A stretch of 64,000 nucleotides of DNA, from the NCBI GenBank assembly GCA_034670305.1, contig JAXMNT010000015.1, positions 84,417-148,416 on the forward strand, written 5' to 3'. The stretch comes from Deltaproteobacteria bacterium (GTDB taxonomy: Bacteria > Myxococcota_A > Polyangia > Polyangiales > Houyiibacteriaceae). This document shows positions 1 to 10,300 of this stretch, in pieces (positions within the stretch are counted from its first letter, which is position 1; each line of letters opens with the position of its first letter). The translations under genes were made by a program, and so were the position numbers. The notes beneath the pieces were generated by a model. The model saw nothing but the letters and a program-made list of their open reading frames with translations. It was not told where the DNA came from and did not search any database.

Positions 1-201
1 CATCACCCCGAGGAACGAACCGACCCCGAGGATGAAGGCGATGCCGCCCGTGATGCGCCCTTCGCCAGGCCGCAGCGCGTGCGCCGACAGATCGCCGACG
101 TCACGCTCTCCATAGCGGTACGCCGCCGGAGAGTCGGCGACTGCCTGCGACTCGTCCGGTTCGGCCGGCGGCTCGGCCGGTGGTGGGTCGGGTTCGGACA
201 C
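1..201 (-). CDS. N-terminal part of a membrane protein running off the window; possibly sterol desaturase/fatty acid hydroxylase family
   Basis: Own translation from GTG at 201: VSEPDPPPAEPPAEPDES...LRPGEGRITGGIAFILGVGSFLGVM, open to the window edge; not in the ORF track; family call from recalled N-terminal similarity only. Confidence 0.4.
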   Translation of the reverse strand, partial: MSEPDPPPAEPPAEPDESQAVADSPAAYRYGERDVGDLSAHALRPGEGRITGGIAFILGVGSFLGVM

Positions 202-571
202 GGCCGGGAATCTACCAGCTCGGGCGGCCGCGATCGCAAACTTGCAGGCCAGAGGTTGACGCCCGAGCCGCGCGTGCGCAGTGGTGGCGCCTTCCCCGGA
301 GCCACTTATGGACAGCGACGCAATGCCCACGAACCGCCCGACGATCCAGCCACCGATCGTCTTCTCGTGCCTACGCTCGACCCGCTGTCTCACTCCTTGG
401 AAGGACCCGGGTTCGGCATGGAAGCCGTGCGGATCTGACCCCAGTGTTTCCCTGCGTCGCCAGTAGCGACGCCCACTGGAGAACGCGCTCCCCGCGCACT
501 CAGACCCCCTCGCTCCACGCACCGTGAGCCGCGAGCACGCTTGAACCCGGACGCTGGGTTCGAGCCTCCGC

Positions 572-2107
572 TTGCCATCGGCGCCCTCTTCCGCGCGGAG
601 AGGCCGCGCCCGCGTACGTCCCTTCGTGGTCGACGTCGCACCCGCCCCCGATCCCGCCTCCTCGTCTTCTGGTGCCGCCGTGAACCCCTCGAGTTCCGAA
701 CCCTCCGAACCCTTCGAATCCGAACCTTCCAGTTCCCTTTCCTCTTCTCGCTCCGAACCCTCCGCTCCTGATCCCCTGGAGTCCGCCCGCGCCATACGCG
801 GGGAGCTCTTGCGATTGAGCTGGCCCATCGCCGTCTCGATGATCTCGTACGCGGTGATGACGCTCGCCGACACCCTCTTCGTCGGGCGCCTCGGCTCCGC
901 CGCCCTCGCCGGCGTCGGCCTCGGCGGCGTGGTCTGTTTCACCCTGCTGTGTTTCCCCTTCGGCTTGATGCGGGGCGCCAAAGTCCTCATCTCCCAAGCC
1001 GTCGGCGCCGCCGACACCGACGCCGTGCCTCGGCACGCGCGCGCCGCGCTCGGCGTCGCGATCGCGCTCGGCTTCTTGGTCGCAGGCCTCGCCTGGTGTG
1101 GTGCCGACCTGCTTCGCTGGGTCGCGGCCACCCCAGAGAGCGGCGCGGCCGCCGCCAACTACGCCGCCATCCGCTGCAGCGCCGGCCCCTTCGTGCTCGC
1201 GTACGTCGCGATGCGCGAGAGCCGATACGGCATCGGCGACTCCCGCTCGCCCATGGTGTCTGCCGTGCTCGGCAACATCGCCAACGTCGCGCTCGACGCC
1301 CTCTTCATCGTGGGCTTCGACTGGGGCGTCGAAGGCGCCGCGCTCGCCACGTGCATCGCGCACGTGCTCGAAGCCGGATTGCTCGCCGGCATCGTCCGAC
1401 GGACTGCGCCCGAGACACTCGGCATCTCGTTCCGTCGCGACGACCTGCGCGCGCTCTGGGACATGGGCATGCCGACCGGCGTGCAGTTCTTCCTCGAGGT
1501 CGGCTCCTTCACTGTCCTCGCGGGACTGCTCGCGTCGATGGCGGAGCTCGAGATGGCCGCGCACCAAATCGCGCTGCAGGTGATGCACTTCACCTTCTTG
1601 CCGAACGTCGCGGTCAGCGAAGGCGCCTCCGTCCTCGCCGGTCAAGCTGTCGGCGCGCGTCGATTCGAACGGGTGCCACGGGTGGCGCGCGAGTCCCTCG
1701 CCATCGCCCTCGGCTACGCCGTCTTCTGCACGTTCGTGCTGGTCTTCTTCGGAAGCCACATCGCGCGCGGCTTCACCGACGAACCGGATCTGATCCGTGC
1801 CGTCGAACAGCTGCTCTGGGTCGGCGCCGTCTTCCAGCTCGCCGACGCCGCCAACGTCATCGCCCGCGGCGTCCTGCGCGGCACCGGCGACGTGCGGTAC
1901 GCCGCCGTCCTCGGCATCGCCACCGCCTGGCTCTGCACCCCGCCGCTCACCTGGCTCCTCGGCTACGAACTCGGCCTCGGCGCCCTCGGCGGCTGGCTCG
2001 GCCTCTGCGCCGAAATCATGGTCGGCGCCGCCCTCCTCTGGCTCCGCCTCCGCTCCGGCGCCTGGAGAAACACCGCACCCCGAGTCCTCGTCCCCGCCAC
2101 GGCGTGA
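572..2107 (+). CDS. MATE family efflux transporter
   Basis: LSWPIA..., [42 protein letters not shown] motifs; about 12 hydrophobic segments; true start may be downstream (GTG near 680). Confidence 0.92.
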   Translation: MPSAPSSARRGRARVRPFVVDVAPAPDPASSSSGAAVNPSSSEPSEPFESEPSSSLSSSRSEPSAPDPLESARAIRGELLRLSWPIAVSMISYAVMTLADTLFVGRLGSAALAGVGLGGVVCFTLLCFPFGLMRGAKVLISQAVGAADTDAVPRHARAALGVAIALGFLVAGLAWCGADLLRWVAATPESGAAAANYAAIRCSAGPFVLAYVAMRESRYGIGDSRSPMVSAVLGNIANVALDALFIVGFDWGVEGAALATCIAHVLEAGLLAGIVRRTAPETLGISFRRDDLRALWDMGMPTGVQFFLEVGSFTVLAGLLASMAELEMAAHQIALQVMHFTFLPNVAVSEGASVLAGQAVGARRFERVPRVARESLAIALGYAVFCTFVLVFFGSHIARGFTDEPDLIRAVEQLLWVGAVFQLADAANVIARGVLRGTGDVRYAAVLGIATAWLCTPPLTWLLGYELGLGALGGWLGLCAEIMVGAALLWLRLRSGAWRNTAPRVLVPATA

Positions 2108-2115
2108 GCGGGCGG

Positions 2116-2343
2116 GGGGTCGGCTTCGGGGTCGGAGTCGGCTTCGGCTTCGGCGTCGGCGTCGGCGTCGGATTCGGCGTCGGCTTCGGCGTCGGCGTCG
2201 GCGTCGGCTTCGGCTTCGGCGTCGGCGTCGGCGTCGGCTTCGGCTTCGGCGTCGGCTTCGGCGTCGGCTTCGGCTTCGGCTTCGGAATCGGCTTCAAGTT
2301 CGGCGTCGGATTCAGCTTCGGAATCGGAGTCGGAGTCGGATCC
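2116..2343. repeat. Hexanucleotide tandem array (GGCTTC/GGCGTC, ending GGAATC/GGAGTC)
   Basis: Directly visible, immediately after the MATE stop codon. Confidence 0.97.
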
Positions 2344-2359
2344 GGATGGATCGCAGATC

Positions 2360-3481
2360 CATCACGGCGACCACCTCGGGTCCACCGAGGTCGTCACCGC
2401 AAACGGGCTCGTTGTCTCGCGCTTCTCGTACGACGCCTGGGGCGCGCGCCGGGACTTGCCGTCGACGTACGACAACGCCAACGGCGGGTTCGACCACGGG
2501 TTCACCGGGCACGAACACGACGACGAGTGGGGCGTCATCAACATGCGGGGGCGGCTCTACGACCCCGCAATGCGCCGCATGCTCTCGCCCGACCCAGTGG
2601 TGGTCGATCCCTACGCGAGCCAGGCCTACAACCGCTACGCCTATGTCCTCAACGACCCGCTCAACCTGACCGACCCCACCGGGTTCACGCCGGAGGGCGG
2701 CTCCTGCCACGACTGCAGCTTCAGCAAGGCGGAGGGAAGTTTCGTCTACGGCGATCCATCCGGGGGCGCGTCAGGCGGACAGGGGAGAGAGACCGATCCC
2801 GCCATGGCGGGCGTGCAAGCGGACATCGCCGCGGGCCGACTGCCGAGCCAAATGGAGCTCGCCCACGACGGCGCCGGGAGGCTCGGCCGAGCCATGGAGG
2901 GCATCAACATGGGCCCCACCGGACCCGGCGGCTTGTCGAGATGGACCATGTCACCTGGGAGCTCTCTCGGGGCACTGGTCGTACTCGGGGACACGCAAGG
3001 CCGGGTCGAGAACTGGGAGACGCTGACGGATGATTCGGCGTCCGGCGGCGACCGGGCTGGTGCGCTGGGCTGGGAAGTACTGGCTGCTCTCCCTGGCGTC
3101 GGTGTGGTTCTTGGTGCGACCGCCAGGGGGGCCAGACTGCTGGTCGGGCTGAAGAACATCGCAACGCGTGTAGTTGCGGAGGGTGGGCGCCTGGGAAGCA
3201 GGGCTGCGAGACTTGCCCAGTTCTTGCGAACAGTTCGGCTGCGGCGGCATTCGGAGCATGACCTGGGAGTGAGCTTTCGGGCAGCCGACAACACACGATT
3301 CGATATCGGCCGCCTGCCGGACAAGGCGACACTGCCACCATCTGTTCGGAGTCGATACGCGCCGCACTACCATCGGCGGCGCCTTGACCCCGACGGTGGC
3401 ACCCAACATGGCCAGGGAATTAGCCGGCACCGCCCCTGGGAAACGCGCCCCTCGGACAACAACTTCTGGGATAGGTTTTGA
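2360..3481 (+). pseudogene. Orphan Rhs core C-terminal fragment plus polymorphic toxin tip
   Basis: In frame from 2360: [12 protein letters not shown]...FSYDAWG...GFTGHEHDDEWGVINMRGRLYDP...LSPDP...YNRYAYVLNDPLNLTDPTG (Rhs core end, DPxG cleavage motif), then a variable tip ending PHYHRR...GQGISRHRPWE; no start codon upstream of DHLGS in this frame. Confidence 0.85.
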
Positions 3482-3485
3482 GTTC

Positions 3486-3800
3486 ATGAGGGACATCTCT
3501 GCATCGCTCCGAGACCGGCTCGTCCGGGCTCTCCAAGAAACGCTGCGAACGGACGTCAGCATTTTCACAACGCTTGAGGCCACCAAGGCGGAGCATCAAG
3601 AGCTAATCAAATGCGGCTTCTATCTATTGATTGACGGCGCAGACACACTTGGCTTCCTGCTGGAGCACGGCGAAAGCGAAAGTGGTGGGGTCACCGTCCG
3701 CGAAGCCCGCGCGGAGCTCGCGCGACTCACCGAACGAGTTGCGGCAGGGGAATCCGAGTTGGGTTCCACGATCCTACGGCAGCTGATCGACGGTAAATAG
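3486..3800 (+). CDS. Putative immunity protein for the Rhs toxin tip (104 aa)
   Basis: ATG 5 nt after the toxin stop; small ORF in visibly lower-GC sequence; position typical of immunity genes. Confidence 0.6.
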   Translation: MRDISASLRDRLVRALQETLRTDVSIFTTLEATKAEHQELIKCGFYLLIDGADTLGFLLEHGESESGGVTVREARAELARLTERVAAGESELGSTILRQLIDGK

Positions 3801-3802
3801 AC

Positions 3803-4939
3803 GTGAGCATGAGCCAACTCAAAGGACAGCCACCGATACATGGTGCTTGCCTGCTGGCGACCATTCTGACGGCATGCGCCGGGCTGGATGGCGCGTCCGA
3901 GGATGCTGCGCCTGACGGCAGTACCCCCGACGCCGGCGAGTGCGCCCTCTACGGCCTCGACGGCGACGGCGACGGGTTTGGGACCGATCCGCTCTGTCTC
4001 TTCGCGCCGACCGAGACGCACCACGCGGAGACGCTGGGAGATTGCGACGACTCGGATGCACTCGTGGCGCCGGGGGCGGAGGAGCGGTGCAATGGGCGGG
4101 ACGACGATTGCGACGACGCGGTCGACGAGTCGGAGGCGGTGGATTGTGTGGTGTTCTTTGCGGACGCCGATGGGGATGGGTACGGGGTCGCGGGGGACTC
4201 GAGCTGTCTTTGCGCGGCCACCGATCCGTATTCGGTGACGATGCCCGGGGACTGTGACGACGCGGACCCGGAGGCGTTTCCGATGCGTCCGGAGGTGTGC
4301 GACGACGGGGTCGACAACGACTGCGATGGAGACACCGACGAGGGGCCGAGGCGGAGTCTGTTCGTGGACGCGGACGGGGATGGGTTCGGGGGCGCAGCGA
4401 TCGAGGTGTGCGGCGACGCGGAGGGCGTGGTTGGGTTCGATGGGGACTGCGACGACGACAACGCGGCGGCGTCGCCCCGCGGGGTCGAGATCTGCAACGG
4501 AGTGGACGAAGACTGCGACGGGGTGGTCGACGAGGGACTCGATGCGCCGTGTGCGGCGTCGGACATGGACGACGACGGCGTCGTCGACGACCTCGACAAC
4601 TGCCCGGCGGACTTCAACCCGTGGCAGGAGGATCTCGACGACGACGGGCTCGGCGACGCATGCGATCTCGACCGAGACGGCGATGGCAGCACCAACGACG
4701 AAGACTGCGAACCGGACGACCGGCGGGTGCGTCCGGGCGGCTTCGAGTTCTGCAACGGCGTGGACGACAACTGCGACGAGTTGGTCGACGAGGGCTACGA
4801 CGTTGGCGTCTCCTGCACGACGAGCGGGGTCGGCCTCTGCGCCCGAACCGGCGAGATGATCCCACCCAGCGGCCCGGTCGAAGCCCTGTCGCCCATTCGG
4901 GCTGCCTGGCTCCACCCCGGCCCCGCCAGCCGCCCGTAG
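3803..4939 (+). CDS. Lipoprotein with MopE-type 'putative metal-binding' repeats and TSP3-like repeats; probably C-terminally truncated
   Basis: ILTAC lipobox-like; repeated DCDD..PGA.E.CNG.DDDCD; DDLDNCPADFNPWQEDLDDDGLGDACD; degenerates after GVGLCARTGEM. Confidence 0.75.
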   Translation: MSMSQLKGQPPIHGACLLATILTACAGLDGASEDAAPDGSTPDAGECALYGLDGDGDGFGTDPLCLFAPTETHHAETLGDCDDSDALVAPGAEERCNGRDDDCDDAVDESEAVDCVVFFADADGDGYGVAGDSSCLCAATDPYSVTMPGDCDDADPEAFPMRPEVCDDGVDNDCDGDTDEGPRRSLFVDADGDGFGGAAIEVCGDAEGVVGFDGDCDDDNAAASPRGVEICNGVDEDCDGVVDEGLDAPCAASDMDDDGVVDDLDNCPADFNPWQEDLDDDGLGDACDLDRDGDGSTNDEDCEPDDRRVRPGGFEFCNGVDDNCDELVDEGYDVGVSCTTSGVGLCARTGEMIPPSGPVEALSPIRAAWLHPGPASRP

Positions 4940-5002
4940 GGGATCGGGGATCGGGTTCGAGCCGAACCGGGTACGGCACAGGAACCGCGCATCCTCTCTT
5001 TC

Positions 5003-5094
5003 GGATTCGGCGTCGCGGCGTCAGCTTCGGCTTCGGAGTCGGCTTCGGCTTCGGCTTCGGCTTCGGCTTCGGCTTCGGATTCGGATTCAGAATC
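5003..5094. repeat. Hexanucleotide tandem array (GGCTTC/GGATTC)
   Basis: Directly visible. Confidence 0.95.
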
Positions 5095-5103
5095 CCGGAC
5101 CCG

Positions 5104-5163
5104 AGGGCAAGGGCAAGGGCACGGGCATGGGCAAGGGGAGCTCACCCTGGCGGGTTCGCTCTA
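5104..5163 (-). repeat. TAG-hairpin-(CCCTTG)n module, copy A
   Basis: Minus strand: TAG AGCGAACCCGCCAGGGTGAGCT CCCCTTGCCCATGCCCGTGCCCTTGCCCTTGCCC. Confidence 0.75.
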
Positions 5164-7371
5164 GGGCGTGGTGGACTGCTGCTGCTGCAATCGCTCGAAG
5201 CGTTCTTGCAGCCGCTGCCGTCGTTCCTCGTCGACCGCGTTCCGCTTGTGCGCTGCGTACGCGAAGCTGCCGGCGACGATCAGGATGCCCATGAGCAGCG
5301 CGACGAACACGAGCGTCATGCCGACGTGAGAGCGGGGGCGTTTCGAGGCTTCGACGCCCTTCAGGATCCGCGCCGGCGTATCGTCCGTCACCCGCGGGAC
5401 CCGCGGACGGGCCGGCGGCAGCGAGTCCGGGGAGAGGATCGGGGTCTGCACCACGGCCCGCTTGCTGGTGCGTGCGGGATCCACGACGGGCGCGGGCGTG
5501 GGCGCAGCCGCTGGCGGGTGCCCCGCCCCGTGAGAATCGTCGAAGAGCGACACGGCCTGAAGCTGCAGCCCCGAGTCTTTTCTGGGACGCGGGAGACGCT
5601 TGATCGCTTCTTCGGGCACCGCGGCCCGCCGCCGCTCGCGCTCCATCGCTTCGAGGTCTTCGAGCGAGAGATCGTCGGCGCTCGCGATCGGTTTGGGCGG
5701 ATGCAGGTCGGCCCCTGAATCCATCGCCTCGAGCTCGTCGAGTCCGATCTCCTGGGTGCCCTCTTTCGCCGCTTTGGCGGGCACCGAAGGATCGAGCGGC
5801 ACCTCGTCGTCGTCGTCTTCTTCGAGGTCCTCGAACGCGAGCTCTTGCGTACCGTCTTTCGCGGGCTTCGCCGGGACCGAAGGGTCGAGCGGAACCTCGT
5901 CGCTCCCCTCGATCGTGATGCCGAGCGCCGCGCGGACCAGCCGGGGGTCGAGGGCCTCCTCGGTCGAGTCCGGCGAGCCGTCCAAGATGTGCCCGCCCTC
6001 CTCATCGGATTCGACCCCGCCCATGTCGAGCGAGTGCGAGTCGCCGAGCAGCGGACCCGGGTCCGGCGTCTTCGCCATCGCGGCGCGCACGAGGCGGGGA
6101 TCGAGGCCTTCGGCGGGCGGTGCGGACTTCTTGCGCTTCTTCTGCCGCTTGCCTTCGTCGAGGGCTGGGAACCGCCGGGTCTCCGAGTCTGGGGCCACCG
6201 CCGCTGCCGCCTTCGTGCGCGCGCGGGCCCGTGCCGCCGCGGCCAGGACTTCCGCTGCGGCGTCCTCATCCATCGCCGGCATCTTCTCGGTGTCCGCCGC
6301 GAGCGAGGGACCCATCACATCCGTGGACGCGCCCAGCAACCCACCGAGCCGAGGCGGCGCGATGGCGGATGGCGCCTCCATCTCCTTCGCGGTCGACTCA
6401 CCGTCGAAGTCGGAGGTCGCGCCCCGGGCCGGGCGCTTGGCTTTGGCGTGTCGCACGTCCGTCTTGGCGTCGGGGTCCGGCGGCGCCGAGCTCCGCAGGG
6501 CGAACCGGCGCGCCTTCTTGAACGGCGCCGGTTCGAGTTCCGGCACCGCCAGACCGGCCTGTTTGGCCAGGCCCTCGAGCAGGGGTTCGAGCGAGGTCGC
6601 GCGCCGCCTGGGATCGGGATGGAGCAACGCCGCGAGCGCTGCGGTGAGCGCACCGAGCGGCCGAACGCTCGCGCCCGGATCGGGCGGTGGCTTGAGGGTA
6701 AGCGCCTCGTGCGCGACCGCGGCCACGCCGTATCGGTCGGCGCTGATCGAGCCCACGCCCCGAACCACCTCGGGTGCGTAACGGCGCCGCAGATCGCCAT
6801 GGCGCTGCAGCACCGCGGCCACCACGCCGGGCGGAAGCGCCGGCACCAGAAACGCGCCCGTCATCTGAAGGCGCTCGGGGTCGATCCAGACCGCGTCGGC
6901 GCGCACGTCGCCGTGACGCAGCGGCGGTGGGATCGCGGTGAGCGCGGCATCGAGGTGCGCGATGACGGGCAGGAGTTCTTCCGGGGTCAGTGGCGCGTCT
7001 TCATGGATGCGGCGGTCGAGCACGGAGCGGAAGGACACCCCCTCGGGCACCGGCTCGGTGGCGTACACCCACATGGAATCACGGTCGGCGTCGAGGAGCC
7101 CAGGCAGGTACTTGCCGCCCATGCCGACGCTGCGTCGAAGGTCGCGCACCACTTGTTTCCGGTCGGTGCTCTCGAGCAGCTCCGGGCGCACGATGCGCAG
7201 AAACACGCTTCCTTCGGTCTCTTGATCGAAGGCCAGAAATCCATAGGAGAACGGATCGTCGCGAAGCCGTCCGCGAACCTCGTAGCGTTCGCCCACGACC
7301 TGCCCTCGTTTGGGCCCGACGGCACCGCCGAGTGGCGTGCCCGTGACGGCGGTTTGATCCGAAGTGCTCAT
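5161..7371 (-). CDS. Ser/Thr kinase-like (probably pseudokinase) protein with acidic linker and C-terminal TM helix
   Basis: GERYEVRGRL, HGDVRADAVW, YAPE, SADRYGVA, LLHPDPRRR map to kinase subdomains; C-terminal hydrophobic helix. Confidence 0.75.
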   Translation of the reverse strand: MSTSDQTAVTGTPLGGAVGPKRGQVVGERYEVRGRLRDDPFSYGFLAFDQETEGSVFLRIVRPELLESTDRKQVVRDLRRSVGMGGKYLPGLLDADRDSMWVYATEPVPEGVSFRSVLDRRIHEDAPLTPEELLPVIAHLDAALTAIPPPLRHGDVRADAVWIDPERLQMTGAFLVPALPPGVVAAVLQRHGDLRRRYAPEVVRGVGSISADRYGVAAVAHEALTLKPPPDPGASVRPLGALTAALAALLHPDPRRRATSLEPLLEGLAKQAGLAVPELEPAPFKKARRFALRSSAPPDPDAKTDVRHAKAKRPARGATSDFDGESTAKEMEAPSAIAPPRLGGLLGASTDVMGPSLAADTEKMPAMDEDAAAEVLAAAARARARTKAAAAVAPDSETRRFPALDEGKRQKKRKKSAPPAEGLDPRLVRAAMAKTPDPGPLLGDSHSLDMGGVESDEEGGHILDGSPDSTEEALDPRLVRAALGITIEGSDEVPLDPSVPAKPAKDGTQELAFEDLEEDDDDEVPLDPSVPAKAAKEGTQEIGLDELEAMDSGADLHPPKPIASADDLSLEDLEAMERERRRAAVPEEAIKRLPRPRKDSGLQLQAVSLFDDSHGAGHPPAAAPTPAPVVDPARTSKRAVVQTPILSPDSLPPARPRVPRVTDDTPARILKGVEASKRPRSHVGMTLVFVALLMGILIVAGSFAYAAHKRNAVDEERRQRLQERFERLQQQQSTTP

Positions 7372-7392
7372 CGAAGGTGTGGTCTCAGACTA

Positions 7393-7881
7393 TCAGGTCG
7401 ACGCCGGACCCGAACCCGGTTTGCGCCCGGTGCCGGTGCTGCCAAACCCGCCTGCACCGCGTTCGGTGTCGCTCAAGTCGCTCAAGGACTCGACCTCGAC
7501 CACGGTCAACTGGGGGGCCGGGGCCAGTACGATCTGCGCGATGCGCATGCCTGCCTCGACCACGAAAGGTTCGGTGCCGTGGTTGACGAGCAACACCTTC
7601 ACCTCGCCGCGGTAGTCCGCGTCGATGGTGCCAGGCGCATTGAGCACCGTGACCGCGTGTCGGAACGCGAGCCCGGACCGGGGCCGGACCTGCGCCTCCC
7701 AGCCGGGCGGGATCTCGAAGGCCAGCCCGGTCGGGACCGCTGCCCATGCGCCCGGACCGAGCACCATGGACGCGTCGAGCGCCGCAGAGACATCCATCCC
7801 TGCGGCGCCCGCCGATTCATACTTGGGCAGGACCGCGTCGTCTCGCAGCCGAAGGATTCGGAGCTGAACCGACGCGTCCAT
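7393..7881 (-). CDS. dut: dUTP diphosphatase
   Basis: [38 protein letters not shown] motifs. Confidence 0.97.
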   Translation of the reverse strand: MDASVQLRILRLRDDAVLPKYESAGAAGMDVSAALDASMVLGPGAWAAVPTGLAFEIPPGWEAQVRPRSGLAFRHAVTVLNAPGTIDADYRGEVKVLLVNHGTEPFVVEAGMRIAQIVLAPAPQLTVVEVESLSDLSDTERGAGGFGSTGTGRKPGSGPAST

Positions 7882-7891
7882 GCCTATCTAC

Positions 7892-10300
7892 TCAGGAGTC
7901 CGTCGAGGGCGGACCGCCGCCCTCGTCTTTTTCCGGACGACGACGACGCCTGCGACGCGGACGATCTCCGTCGTCGCCTCCGCCACCCTCGCCGCCGCCG
8001 CCGCCTTCACCGCCGCCGCCGCCTTCACGGCGCGGTCCACGACCACCACGGCCACCGTCGCGTCCGCCACGGCCACCGTCGCGTCCGCCACGGCCACCGT
8101 CGCGTCCGCCACGGCCACCGTCGCGTCCACGACCACCGTCGCGTCCACGACCGCGGTCACCGCGGTCGCCACGATCGGACCGGGCCGCGCGGCGCTTCTC
8201 TTCTTCTTCGTCGAAGCCTTCGGGCTTCTCGAGCAGCGGCTTGAGGGAGACCTTCAGGCGGCCTTCCCGGTCGACGCTCGAGACGACGACTTCGATCTCG
8301 TCGCCCAGTTTGACGACATCGTCGACCGACTCGACGAACTCGTACGACATGTCCGTGATGTGGAGGAGGCCTTCCTTGCCGGGGGCGATCTCCACGAACG
8401 CGCCGTAGCGCTCGACGCGCTTGACGAGACCCTTGTACTTCGCGCCGATCTCGGGCTCGGTGGTCAGGCCTTCGATGATGGCGATGGCCTTGAGCACGGC
8501 TTCCGGATCGGAACCCGCAACCGCCACGGTGCCGTCGTCGCTGACGTCGATCTTGGCGCCCGTCTGGTCGACGATGGCCTTGATCATCTTGCCGCCCGGT
8601 CCGATGACCAGACGAATCTGGTCCGGCTTCACCTTGATGGTGGTGATGCGCGGGGCGTGCTTGCTGAGCTCGGGACGCTGGGTCGCGAGCACTTCGTTCA
8701 TCTTGTCGAGGATGTGCAGCCGACCGCGGCGGGCCTGCTGAAGGGCCTCGAGCATGACCTCGTTGCTGAGGCCATCGACCTTGATGTCCATCTGGATCGC
8801 GGTGATGCCCTTGGAGGTGCCACAGACCTTGAAGTCCATGTCGCCGAGGTGGTCTTCGTCACCGAGGATGTCCGTGAGGACGGCGTACTTGTCGCCTTCC
8901 ATGATGAGACCCATCGCGACGCCCGCGCAGGGCGCCTTGATCGGCACACCAGCGTCCATGAGCGCGAGCGAGCCGCCACACACCGAAGCCATGGAGGACG
9001 AGCCGTTCGACTCGGTGATCTCCGAGACGATGCGCATCGTGTAGGGGAACTCTTCTTTGGAGGGAAGGAGTCCACGAAGGGCGCGCTCGGCCAGGTTGCC
9101 GTGGCCGATCTCGCGACGGCCCGGTCCCCGGAGGAACTTGGTCTCGCCGACCGAGTAGGGCGGGAAGTTGTAGTGGAGGAAGAAGTTGTTCCAGTACGAC
9201 TCCATGAGGCCGTCGATCTTCTGCTCGTCCGCAGCGGTGCCGAGGGTCGCAGTGACGATGGCCTGGGTCTCGCCGCGGGTGAACAGCGAGGAGCCGTGCA
9301 CGCGGGGAAGAAGACCGGCTTCGATCGCGATCGGGCGAACCGTCTCGTAGTCGCGTCCGTCGACGCGGCGTTTGTCGTCGAGGACCTGCGCACGCATCGT
9401 GTGGAACTGAAGGTCCGAGAACGCGGCCTTCACGTCGTCGATGTTGTCCGGGAAGGTGTCGGCGAGGTCGGCGACGACGGCCTTCTTGGCCGCCTTGAAC
9501 GCTGCGTAGCGCTCGTGTTTGACGGCGACGTTGCAGCATTCCTTGATGCGCGCGAGGCCGACTTCTTTGACCTTGGTGTCGATGGCGGGGTCGCGGGTCG
9601 CGGGCGTGTAGACCCACTTTTCCTTGCCGGCCGCTTCCTGCATCTGCTGCTGCAGCTTGAGGATCGGCTGAAGGGCCGCGTGGCCGAACGCGATGGCGGC
9701 GAGGAGGTCTTCTTCCGTCGCTTGGTCCGCTTGGCCTTCGACCATCATGATCGCGTCGGGGCCGGCGGCCACGATGATCTCGATGTCGGCTTCCTTCGAC
9801 TGAGCGAAGCTCGGGTTGGCGACGAACTCACCGTTGAGGCGTGCGACGCGGACGCCGCCGATCGGGCCCTTGAACGGGACCTCGCAGAGCATGAGCGCCG
9901 CCGAAGCACCGCACATCGCGAGCACGTCGGTGGGGTGCTCGGGATCCGCGGACATCACCGTGGCGATGACCTGGATCTCGGCGCGGTAGCCGTCGGGGAA
10001 GAGCGGGCGACACGGACGGTCGATGAGACGGCTCGTGAGCACTTCGTGGTCGCGGAGGCGGCCTTCGCGCTTGAAGAAGCCGCCCGGGATCTTGCCGGCC
10101 GAGTACGTCTTCTCGACGTAGTCCACGGTGAGCGGGAGGAAGTGCTGATGGGGGCGCGCCTCTTCGGCACCGCAAACGGTGACGAGGACAACGGACTCTC
10201 CGCAGCTCACGAGCACGGATCCGCCCGCCTGTTTGGCGATGCGACCCGTCTCGAGCGTGACCGACTTGTCGCCGACCTTCACGGACTCTCGAATGATCAT
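7892..10300 (-). CDS. pnp: Polyribonucleotide nucleotidyltransferase (PNPase) with RGG-rich C-terminal tail
   Basis: FLPLTVDY, GKIPGGFFKREG, RREIGHG, ESNGSSSMASVC, GDMDFKV, KH and S1 domains; ATG at 10300 preceded by GGAGAA. Confidence 0.98.
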   Translation of the reverse strand: MIIRESVKVGDKSVTLETGRIAKQAGGSVLVSCGESVVLVTVCGAEEARPHQHFLPLTVDYVEKTYSAGKIPGGFFKREGRLRDHEVLTSRLIDRPCRPLFPDGYRAEIQVIATVMSADPEHPTDVLAMCGASAALMLCEVPFKGPIGGVRVARLNGEFVANPSFAQSKEADIEIIVAAGPDAIMMVEGQADQATEEDLLAAIAFGHAALQPILKLQQQMQEAAGKEKWVYTPATRDPAIDTKVKEVGLARIKECCNVAVKHERYAAFKAAKKAVVADLADTFPDNIDDVKAAFSDLQFHTMRAQVLDDKRRVDGRDYETVRPIAIEAGLLPRVHGSSLFTRGETQAIVTATLGTAADEQKIDGLMESYWNNFFLHYNFPPYSVGETKFLRGPGRREIGHGNLAERALRGLLPSKEEFPYTMRIVSEITESNGSSSMASVCGGSLALMDAGVPIKAPCAGVAMGLIMEGDKYAVLTDILGDEDHLGDMDFKVCGTSKGITAIQMDIKVDGLSNEVMLEALQQARRGRLHILDKMNEVLATQRPELSKHAPRITTIKVKPDQIRLVIGPGGKMIKAIVDQTGAKIDVSDDGTVAVAGSDPEAVLKAIAIIEGLTTEPEIGAKYKGLVKRVERYGAFVEIAPGKEGLLHITDMSYEFVESVDDVVKLGDEIEVVVSSVDREGRLKVSLKPLLEKPEGFDEEEEKRRAARSDRGDRGDRGRGRDGGRGRDGGRGGRDGGRGGRDGGRGGRDGGRGGRGPRREGGGGGEGGGGGEGGGGDDGDRPRRRRRRRPEKDEGGGPPSTDS
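8036..8165 (-). repeat. Coding 18-21 bp repeats encoding (GGRGGRD)n in the PNPase tail
   Basis: Tandem CCACGGCCACCGTCGCGTCCG units on the + strand. Confidence 0.9.

Noticed and set aside
572-3481. MATE and Rhs fragment share a reading frame separated by one TGA (possible readthrough fusion)
   Set aside because: One-in-three chance of being in frame given a stop-free array; no recoding signal seen and the fusion is implausible
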